Part shown: piece after piece, positions 25,424 through 32,112 of the stretch | Numbering within the stretch: the stretch's first letter is position 1 | Layout of the letters: each line of letters begins with the position of its first letter | Source of the DNA: Minisyncoccota bacterium | Lineage (GTDB): Bacteria > Patescibacteriota > Minisyncoccia > Minisyncoccales > UBA5738 | Assembly (NCBI GenBank): GCA_041663885.1 | Contig: JBAYLX010000002.1 | Coordinates: 1 to 40,533, forward strand | Direction: 5' to 3' | DNA: 40,533 bases | Notes under the pieces: model-generated | What the model saw: only the letters and a program-made list of their open reading frames with translations | What the model was told of the DNA's origin: nothing | The model's database searches: none | Program-made: the position numbers and the translations under genes

Positions 25424-27142
25424 ATGAAAAAATTTTTCAAAAGCATCGCACTGGGTTTAACTGTTGTCGCGGTTTCGGTAATTGTCAGTTGCGTGGTTTT
25501 GGCCTGGACCGAACCTCTGAACACCGCGCCCGCAGGCAACGTGGCCGCGCCAATCAACACCGGCGGGGCGTTGCAGACGAAAAGCGGCAATTTAAATATT
25601 TCCGGCAGGGTTGGAATTGGCGGCGTGACCAGTCCGACGCAACCATTGGATGTTGCGGGATATATCAAGACAAATACCGGTTTTTGTATCAACAACGATT
25701 GCCGTACGTGGAGCAGTATTACCGGACCATGGACGATTTCGGGAAACAATATTTATAACAGCAATATCGGCAACGTTGGAATCGGTACGGCGAGTCCGGC
25801 GGCAAAGCTTGATGTGGCGGGAGGCAATATTATTTCAGAACAGATGCTTTACGCGAGACATATTGACGGAAAAAATTGGAATAATAACGATACTGTCGGC
25901 GATCTGTATTTGCAATATAATAATAATTCAAATAACACTTTGATAAATTCACGCGGCGGCAACGTCGGTATCGGGACGGCGGCTCCATGGGCAAAACTTG
26001 CGGTTTCAGGAGGGAAAGCGGCATTTACGCGAGATGGCGTAAGTGAGTGCTGCGGGAATGACGCAACAATTGCGCTGGGAGAAAACACTTCCGGCACCGG
26101 ACGAAAGTCCAGCATTTCTTTTCATAATGGCGGCATTGCGGAAGGCACCTTGGAATTGGCCAGCGGCGGCGAAAGAAGATTTGTAATGCGGGACAACCAA
26201 GGACAGTTGATGGGTCTGGAAATTACCGGAAAAATAAAAATTGGCGGCGGTTCGCCGGCAGCTGGTAAAGTTTTGACCAGCGATGCCAACGGCTTGGCGA
26301 CCTGGACAACGGCCGCATCCGCAACCATGGCCGACATGGACTGCGGCACAAACGGCTATGTCACCGGAATAAAAAGCGGAAAACTGGTTTGCGGCGACAA
26401 GGGAACATTTGATCCAAGCATGCCCTGTAGCAGCGGGTCATTGGGAGGCCCCAACAAAAGAATTTTTGTAACCAGTTCCACATATGACGCAAGCACTTTT
26501 GTGACAAATATCAACAGCACCTCCCATGTGTACACCAGCAGCGAAACCATCGCTGATGCTAAATGCCAAGATCTAGCATACATCGCCAGTATGACAGCCA
26601 AAAGCAGCAGTAATGGCGCTTTTGGGCCGGTTTTCAAGGCAATAACCTATATGGGAAACCGCAATATATCTTCGGTATTTCCAAGCGCAAAATTATGGAG
26701 CTGCGACGCCAACAGCGCCAGCCATTGGAAACTGGTGGCAAATGATATGTCTGATATGTTCGACGCGAACGGACTGGCAAACCGTATTTATACGCAATAT
26801 GGCTCCGTATCAAGCGCGGACGTTTGGACGGATTTTAAGTCGAGCGGCGCGGGCGGCTACACTTTGATTCCGCAACAAGCCAACAACTCACTTGGACTTT
26901 ATCCGTCGTTCGGATTTGCCGGCGGTTGCAAATTGGGAGCTATTAGCGGCGGATTTGGTTGCTCCGGCTGGAACTGCTATAGCGCCGCAGAAGCTTGGTT
27001 TGGAAAAGCGGACCAAACGGGTGCCGGCTGGGCCTATTCCAGTAGCTTCCAAAAAAAAGACGTTTGCTGCTATAATCTTACTCCCACTTGGAATGCGTGC
27101 ATCGCCGCGGCCAGTAAAGCGCTTTATTGCGTAGAACAGTAA
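25424..27142 (+). CDS. Secreted or lipid-anchored fibre protein, paralogous to 21008-22630 in the N-terminal third, with a different Cys-rich C-terminal domain
   Basis: The N-terminus reads IVSCVVLAWTEPLNTAPAGNVAAPIN. It shares NTGFCINNDCRTWSSITGPW and GNVGIGTASPAAKLDVAG with the first fibre gene. The C-terminal 270 aa hold 12 Cys and RIFVTSSTYDAS...ADAKC (DUF1554-like guess). Confidence 0.8.
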   Translation: MKKFFKSIALGLTVVAVSVIVSCVVLAWTEPLNTAPAGNVAAPINTGGALQTKSGNLNISGRVGIGGVTSPTQPLDVAGYIKTNTGFCINNDCRTWSSITGPWTISGNNIYNSNIGNVGIGTASPAAKLDVAGGNIISEQMLYARHIDGKNWNNNDTVGDLYLQYNNNSNNTLINSRGGNVGIGTAAPWAKLAVSGGKAAFTRDGVSECCGNDATIALGENTSGTGRKSSISFHNGGIAEGTLELASGGERRFVMRDNQGQLMGLEITGKIKIGGGSPAAGKVLTSDANGLATWTTAASATMADMDCGTNGYVTGIKSGKLVCGDKGTFDPSMPCSSGSLGGPNKRIFVTSSTYDASTFVTNINSTSHVYTSSETIADAKCQDLAYIASMTAKSSSNGAFGPVFKAITYMGNRNISSVFPSAKLWSCDANSASHWKLVANDMSDMFDANGLANRIYTQYGSVSSADVWTDFKSSGAGGYTLIPQQANNSLGLYPSFGFAGGCKLGAISGGFGCSGWNCYSAAEAWFGKADQTGAGWAYSSSFQKKDVCCYNLTPTWNACIAAASKALYCVEQ

Positions 27143-27160
27143 GGTTACATACAAAACCAT

Positions 27161-27646
27161 ATGCAAAACAAAATCCACATTTTTATAACCGCCGTTATTG
27201 CGATTGTCGTTATTTGGCTGGTTTGGCGCATCAATTTAGTCGAAATCTCATTGCAACATCCGATCGCGGTTCCAGAGAGTGAGGTGTTAGAACCCAAACC
27301 ATCCAGCGTGACAAAAAATACCGGCTCGGTCGAGAACGAGTCAACCAACGAAAAAATTGAAACAAGCCGGTTTATTATAATAACCGATGATGGATTTCTT
27401 ACAAAAACGTTTGAAACCGGCGCCGATGGCAAGCTGAACCTATCAATTTCCAATCAAGGACAGAATACACATTCCTTTGTTATTGACAGGCTTAATATCA
27501 AAACCGGACCAATAAGCTCCGGACAAACTGTCAAAGTAACTGCAACTTTGCCCGAAGGAACAACATCGCTTGATTATTATTCTGATTCCGGGAACGACGC
27601 AAGCACTGATATATTTAAAGGCACGATCAAAATTCTTGAAAAATAG
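27161..27646 (+). CDS. Membrane-anchored cupredoxin-like fold protein lacking the Cys/His/Met copper ligands
   Basis: It has an N-terminal TM segment. The pattern NQGQNTHSFVID...GQTVKVTATLPEGTTSLDYYSDSGNDASTDIFKGTIKI mirrors the cupredoxin N.G...H.F.I...G....F....G.Y.YYC...H...M.G.I.V. Ser replaces Cys, and the distal His and Met are absent. Confidence 0.5.
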   Translation: MQNKIHIFITAVIAIVVIWLVWRINLVEISLQHPIAVPESEVLEPKPSSVTKNTGSVENESTNEKIETSRFIIITDDGFLTKTFETGADGKLNLSISNQGQNTHSFVIDRLNIKTGPISSGQTVKVTATLPEGTTSLDYYSDSGNDASTDIFKGTIKILEK

Positions 27647-27669
27647 CGAACCATGCACACTTTGGAAAA

Positions 27670-27695
27670 CAAAAAAGAGCAGTAGCTCTTTTTTG
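27670..27695. terminator. Bidirectional terminator between the surface locus (+) and the lipid genes (-)
   Basis: AAAAAAGAGC[agta]GCTCTTTTTTG. Confidence 0.7.
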
Positions 27696-27726
27696 TTTAA
27701 ATTATTTTTTTTGGAATTAATTTCTA

Positions 27727-28320
27727 TTATTTGCCGCTCAATGCTTTCGCAATTCTTTGCAAGGCGGTGATATTGACTAATATTGAAAGCAATACAAACA
27801 AGTGAATCGCGAATATTTTCGAATAATTTAAAAACACCAATATCGCAACCAGAAATATCAAACGTTCTCCGCGAGACATCAATCCGCCTTTCAATTCTAC
27901 ATCTAACAAACCTTTTTCTTTTGCCGCAGCCTTAGCATATGTGGTCATGATCGATCCGAACAAAGCCAGAAATACCCAGGCAAAACCGGGCAAATACAAA
28001 TCGGGCAAACCGACAAATAGCATTCCGAAAAGCAAAATCACCTCCACATAGCGGTCAGCAACCGTATCCCAATATGCGCCTCTCGGCGATGAAAGATTTT
28101 TCTTGCGTGCCACCGCACCGTCCACAAAATCCATGCCGGCGGCCAAAACAAAAAACGCCAGTGCCAGCCAATAACCGCCAACAAACAATTGATACGCGCA
28201 AACCAAGGCAAAAATGATTGATATTGCCGTATATTGATTGGGCGTGATCGGAAAAATCGCGAATATATTCGCGATTTTTATCTCTACTTTTTTAAACCAA
28301 TCCCGATGTTGATCCAGCAT
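27727..28320 (-). CDS. CDP-alcohol phosphatidyltransferase (phosphatidylinositol-phosphate synthase-like)
   Basis: 197 aa polytopic protein. The full motif DFVDGAVAR-x8-G-x3-D-x3-D is present. It lies directly downstream of inositol-3-phosphate synthase. Confidence 0.8.
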   Translation of the reverse strand: MLDQHRDWFKKVEIKIANIFAIFPITPNQYTAISIIFALVCAYQLFVGGYWLALAFFVLAAGMDFVDGAVARKKNLSSPRGAYWDTVADRYVEVILLFGMLFVGLPDLYLPGFAWVFLALFGSIMTTYAKAAAKEKGLLDVELKGGLMSRGERLIFLVAILVFLNYSKIFAIHLFVLLSILVNITALQRIAKALSGK

Positions 28321-28346
28321 ATTTGATTAGCTTTACCATTTTTAAT

Positions 28347-29465
28347 TTACCGTTCCCGTTTGCCTGTGACAAATTCCTCCACCATCTCATAGGCCTGTTC
28401 GTCGGTATATTGCACCGGCGGATGTTTCATGAAAAATGCCGACGGGCTCAACAGCGAGCCGCCGATCCCCCGGTCTTTGGCTAATTTTACCATGCGCAAG
28501 GCATCAATCACAACCCCAGCGGAATTGGGCGAATCCTCAACGCTTAACCGCAATTCAACGTCCACCGGCACATCGCCGAATTTGCGGCCTTCCATGCGGA
28601 TATAGCAAACCTTATTGTCTTTCAAAAACGGCACCCAATCCGACGGCCCGATATGAAGATTATCATAGCTCAACCGCTTCCCCAATTGCGATTCCACGCT
28701 TTCGGTCTTGGAAATTTTTTTTGATTTCAACCGGTCCCGAGACAGCATATTCAAAAAATCGGTATTACCTCCGAAATTAAGCTGGTAAGAACGGTCAACC
28801 GCCACTCCCCGCTTGGCAAACAAATGGCTCAAGGTGCGGTGGACGATCGTGGCTCCGATCTGTGATTTGATATCATCGCCGATGCAAGGAATGTTTTTTT
28901 CTTTAAATCTGTTGCCCCAAACCGGGTCCGAAACAATGAACACCGGCATGCAATTCACAAAGCCGCATCCCGCGTCCAATGCCGCCTGCGCGTAATATTC
29001 GGCGGCTTTTTGCGATCCCACTGGCATATAACTCACCAACACATCGATTTCCGCCTTCTTTAATTCCTGGGCGACATCAACGGGATCCAGATTTGCAACC
29101 GAAAAAGTTTTGTCCTCCTCGTAATTTTTCATGTGCTCGGCAATTCCGTCCAAAACCGGCCCCATTTGCACCTTCACGCCCGTTTCGGCAACATTCTTGC
29201 AAAAAACCTTGGTGCAATTCGGAAGCGCGAAAATCGCTTGCGCCACATCCTTCCCGACTTTGCGCTTGTCAACGTCGAACGCCGCCGCGATCTCGATATC
29301 GCCGATGGCGTAATCCCCCACCACGTTGTGCATCAAACCGGGAACCACCTCGTCATCCTTGCCAATATTTTTGTAATAACTGATTCCCTGCACCAGACTG
29401 GAACAGCAATTCCCGATTCCGGCAATCGCCAAACGGATCTTTTTTCTTTTGTTTATTTCTGCCAT
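28347..29465 (-). CDS. ino1: myo-Inositol-3-phosphate synthase
   Basis: 372 aa. The motifs IAGIGNCCSSLVQGISYY and YMPVGS...FVNCMPVFIVSDPVW...GDDIKSQIGATIVHR closely follow the actinobacterial/archaeal Ino1 pattern. Confidence 0.9.
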   Translation of the reverse strand: MAEINKRKKIRLAIAGIGNCCSSLVQGISYYKNIGKDDEVVPGLMHNVVGDYAIGDIEIAAAFDVDKRKVGKDVAQAIFALPNCTKVFCKNVAETGVKVQMGPVLDGIAEHMKNYEEDKTFSVANLDPVDVAQELKKAEIDVLVSYMPVGSQKAAEYYAQAALDAGCGFVNCMPVFIVSDPVWGNRFKEKNIPCIGDDIKSQIGATIVHRTLSHLFAKRGVAVDRSYQLNFGGNTDFLNMLSRDRLKSKKISKTESVESQLGKRLSYDNLHIGPSDWVPFLKDNKVCYIRMEGRKFGDVPVDVELRLSVEDSPNSAGVVIDALRMVKLAKDRGIGGSLLSPSAFFMKHPPVQYTDEQAYEMVEEFVTGKRER

Positions 29466-29471
29466 ATTTTT

Positions 29472-29480
29472 TGTTAGAAT
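29472..29480 (+). promoter_or_regulatory. Extended -10 promoter element TGtTAGAAT for the padR operon
   Basis: ttGTTAGAAT lies in the divergent ino1/padR intergenic region. Confidence 0.4.
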
Positions 29481-29496
29481 GAATTATGGTATGTTT

Positions 29497-29527
29497 TACA
29501 TTATGTAACTATTTTACCACCGTAAAA
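29497..29527. promoter_or_regulatory. Two palindromes, candidate operator sites
   Basis: TACATtATGTA at 29497-29507 and TTTTACcaccGTAAAA at 29512-29527. Both lie just downstream of the predicted -10. Confidence 0.3.
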
Positions 29528-29542
29528 TAACAAGTCAACCAT

Positions 29543-29851
29543 ATGCTGCCAATCGAGCGCTTGGAAAAATCAAATACTACCCAAAACCTTTGGCTCTATA
29601 TCCTTGCGCTTCTGGACAAACAATCCCTTTACGGCTGGGAAATTCCGACTTTGATTGAAAAAAATTTCGGCTTCCGCCCCGGAAAGATCACTCCCTATCG
29701 GGTTTTCTATCGATTAGAAACCGACGGATTCGTGAAAAGCGAAATAGATAAACGCCGCCGCATTTATAAAATCACGCCCAAAGGAAAAGAAGAAGTCAAA
29801 AAAGCTATCGATTTCTATAAAAAAATATTAGCCAGCTTGAAAAATGGATAA
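29543..29851 (+). CDS. PadR-family winged-helix transcriptional regulator
   Basis: 102 aa with the pattern LWLYILALL...LYGWEI...ITPYRVFYRLETDGFVKSE...RRIYKITPKGKEE. Confidence 0.8.
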   Translation: MLPIERLEKSNTTQNLWLYILALLDKQSLYGWEIPTLIEKNFGFRPGKITPYRVFYRLETDGFVKSEIDKRRRIYKITPKGKEEVKKAIDFYKKILASLKNG

Positions 29852-30509
29852 CAAAGAATCCGCCCAAAAATTAAACGAGATCGCCGATCTTTTGGAAATC
29901 AAGGGCGACAAGCCATTCCGCATCCGCGCCTACCGCAAAGCCGCCGCGGCATTGGCGGCTTTTGAGATTGATATCGCCAAGGAATACAGAAAAAGCAAAA
30001 AAATCCCAAAAATCAACGGCATCGGCGCCAGCATCGGCGAAAAACTGGCCGAACTGGCGAAAACAAAGAAAATAAGATATTTGGAAGAATTGAAAGAAGA
30101 AACCGCCATTCGCCAGATCGTCACCTACTTTTTCGAAACCAAAGGCGTCGGCCTTGAAGAGCTCAAGCGCAACGCCCGCAAACAAGACATCGTCTATTCG
30201 CGCTACACCAAGCCCGCGAAACAGATCATCGAACTGGCCGGTTCAGTCCCGGCCGCCAAAGCCGCGATAAAGATCGTTGCCGATTGGGCGAATTCACGCA
30301 AGCTTGATTATACGATCGAGACCGTTTTTAAAAAATGGCTCGAATTGGATAAATTAAAACCCAAAGAGATCGTTAAAAAACCGTTTTACCGCAGCGATCC
30401 CATGGTTTGGTCGGAAAACAAAAAAAAATGGTTCGTCATCACCGCAAGCGGCGAATGGCTGGAATATGCCGACAAAGAGGAAAAAATCGAATGGCGCATC
30501 GTTGACTAA
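29844..30509 (+). CDS. Helix-hairpin-helix protein resembling the Pol X N-terminal (8-kDa/HhH) region, with no polymerase domain
   Basis: The N-terminus reads LNEIADLLEIKGDKPFRIRAYRKAAAAL...INGIGASIGEKLAEL. The C-terminal half is unassigned. It overlaps the padR stop by 8 nt. Confidence 0.6.
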   Translation: MDNKESAQKLNEIADLLEIKGDKPFRIRAYRKAAAALAAFEIDIAKEYRKSKKIPKINGIGASIGEKLAELAKTKKIRYLEELKEETAIRQIVTYFFETKGVGLEELKRNARKQDIVYSRYTKPAKQIIELAGSVPAAKAAIKIVADWANSRKLDYTIETVFKKWLELDKLKPKEIVKKPFYRSDPMVWSENKKKWFVITASGEWLEYADKEEKIEWRIVD

Positions 30510-30530
30510 ATCATAAAAATCGGTTAGAAT
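30502..30530 (+). promoter_or_regulatory. Sigma70-like promoter of efp (TTGACT-N17-TAGAAT)
   Basis: TTGACTaaatcataaaaatcggtTAGAAT overlaps the stop of the upstream gene. It predicts a leader of about 160 nt. Confidence 0.55.
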
Positions 30531-30552
30531 TGCTTCGTATTTAGTTTAGTAA

Positions 30553-30580
30553 TTTTCAATTTTCAAATTCCAATTTTCAA
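30553..30580. repeat. Four tandem heptamers TTTTCAA (third unit is ATTCCAA)
   Basis: Read directly. This array is the inverted counterpart of the 30659-30686 array. Confidence 0.85.
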
Positions 30581-30658
30581 TGAAACTCCAATGTTGCAAT
30601 GAACCAAACAAAATTCAAATTGTATTTCGTTTGATACATTGAATCATTGACACATTTA

Positions 30659-30686
30659 TTGAAAATTGAAAATTAGAAATTGAAAA
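30659..30686. repeat. Four tandem heptamers TTGAAAA (third unit is TTAGAAA), ending 11 nt before the efp ATG
   Basis: Read directly. This array is the inverted counterpart of the 30553-30580 array. Confidence 0.85.
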
Positions 30687-30697
30687 TTGTTGAAATT

Positions 30698-31258
30698 ATG
30701 CTCAATTATTTTGATTTGCGCAAAGGGGTTCAATTCATTCTCGAAGGGCAGCCGCATGAAGTGCTGGAATTCCAACAGATTATCAAGGCGCAGGACGCCA
30801 CGGTCATCCGCACCAAAGTCAAAAACTTGATCACCGGCAAAATCGTTGACCGCACGTTCCACAAAGGCGATTCATTTGAGGAAACCGAAAGCGAGAAAGC
30901 CCAGGTTAAATTCATTTACGCCAACCGGGGAAAATATATTTTTTGCTACCTCAAAGACTCATCCAAACGATTCGAAATGACTGAAGAAAAAATCGGCCCG
31001 GCGGCAAGATTCCTGGCGCCCAACACAATCCTTGACGGATCTATGTATGAAGGCGAAGTCATTGACGTAACACTGCCAATAAAAGTCCAGCTCAAAGTCA
31101 AGGAAGCCGCTCCCGGCCTTAAGGGCAACCGGTCGCAATCGGGCACCAAAGCCGTGGTTTTGGAAACCGGCGCGACAATCCAAGCCCCGCTTTTCGTGGA
31201 ACAGGGCGATGTCCTGGAAATCAATACCGAAACCGGAGAATACACTCGAAGGGTGTAA
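30698..31258 (+). CDS. efp: Elongation factor P with a non-canonical beta3-beta4 loop
   Basis: The start is set to the ATG at 30698; the track start at 30680 is a TTG inside the repeat array. The sequence MLNYFDLRKGVQFILEGQPHEVLEFQ...VIRTKVKNLITGK...GEYTRRV aligns with EF-P. The loop reads IKAQDAT where KPGKG(A/S)A is expected. Confidence 0.9.
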   Translation: MLNYFDLRKGVQFILEGQPHEVLEFQQIIKAQDATVIRTKVKNLITGKIVDRTFHKGDSFEETESEKAQVKFIYANRGKYIFCYLKDSSKRFEMTEEKIGPAARFLAPNTILDGSMYEGEVIDVTLPIKVQLKVKEAAPGLKGNRSQSGTKAVVLETGATIQAPLFVEQGDVLEINTETGEYTRRV

Positions 31259-31273
31259 TTTTTAATATTTGAC

Positions 31274-31298
31274 AAAAAAGCGCGTAAAGCGCTTTTTT
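31274..31298. terminator. Bidirectional terminator between efp (+) and the DUF948-like gene (-)
   Basis: AAAAAAGCGC[gtaaa]GCGCTTTTTT. Confidence 0.8.
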
Positions 31299-31300
31299 GT

Positions 31301-31627
31301 TTAGAATTCATCGGCGAATTTTTTGGATTTTTTTTCTTTTTTGGGTTGTTTTTCACCGCCACTGCTTTGGCCTTGGGCTCTGGCTTTCAGATCGATCAAT
31401 TTCTCCAAAAGCGCCACAATTCCGGCAATGCTGATGGAAAATGTCGCCACTTTATTTCTTACTTCCGAAACAGTACTCTTGGCCTCGGCCACCGTATTTT
31501 TTATTTCAATTTCGATCGACATTGCCTTACGCATGATTTTTACCGTAAAAATAAGGATTACACCCAGAATCAACAGCCACAAAAAAAAGAAAATCGAACC
31601 CAGAAAATAGAAAATTATTTCAATCAT
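31301..31627 (-). CDS. Small membrane-anchored coiled-coil protein (DUF948-like guess)
   Basis: 108 aa with an N-terminal TM segment, a helical region and a Lys-rich tail. Confidence 0.55.
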   Translation of the reverse strand: MIEIIFYFLGSIFFFLWLLILGVILIFTVKIMRKAMSIEIEIKNTVAEAKSTVSEVRNKVATFSISIAGIVALLEKLIDLKARAQGQSSGGEKQPKKEKKSKKFADEF

Positions 31628-31681
31628 AAAAAAATAGTTACATATACATTTTGGCGCAATCAGCGCGCCGCGTCAAGCAAC

Positions 31682-31713
31682 AAAAAAACCGCCCCTCGCT
31701 ATGCTCGGGGCGG
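31682..31713 (-). terminator. Rho-independent terminator after the zinc-ribbon gene
   Basis: The minus strand reads CCGCCCCgagcatagcgaGGGGCGG followed by TTTTTTT. Confidence 0.75.
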
Positions 31714-31724
31714 CTTTCCATTTC

Positions 31725-32027
31725 TTAGAAATCGAATATTTCACCCAACAACCCTTTTTTATGTTTTTTGTATCCATGCTTGTCAACATAATAATCGTTG
31801 TTATAGCCCTGCTGCGGCTGCATATAGCCTTGTTGCGGCATTTGCGGCGGCATTTGCTGAACCGGCATTGCCGGTTGCGCCGGAACCGCCGCCGGGGCGG
31901 ATCTTTCAATGATTTTATCCAACTCACCGCGGTCGAGCCACACGCCGCGGCATTGCGGGCAATAATCGATCTCCACTCCTTGCCGATCCGACATCACCAG
32001 ATCAACGCTGCATATTGGACATTTCAT
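31725..32027 (-). CDS. TFIIB-type zinc-ribbon protein
   Basis: MKCPICSVDL...IDYCPQCRGVWLDRGELDKI, with a Q/P-rich linker and a C-terminal KKGLLGEIFDF. Confidence 0.75.
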   Translation of the reverse strand: MKCPICSVDLVMSDRQGVEIDYCPQCRGVWLDRGELDKIIERSAPAAVPAQPAMPVQQMPPQMPQQGYMQPQQGYNNDYYVDKHGYKKHKKGLLGEIFDF

Positions 32028-32112
32028 AATATTTTTATATTAATTTACAGCGGCAACAATCAAATCACCGCGCGCACCATCTTAATAATACATTAGCACG
32101 ATCTCTTTAATT

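Noticed and set aside
25424-27142. Diversity-generating retroelement target (variable C-terminal lectin-like region)
   Set aside because: No reverse transcriptase, no accessory gene and no template repeat of the 3' end are present anywhere in the window.
30553-30686. CRISPR-like or minisatellite array
   Set aside because: The units are 7-bp contiguous heptamers without spacers, in two inverted blocks. There are no cas genes, so this is not a CRISPR array.
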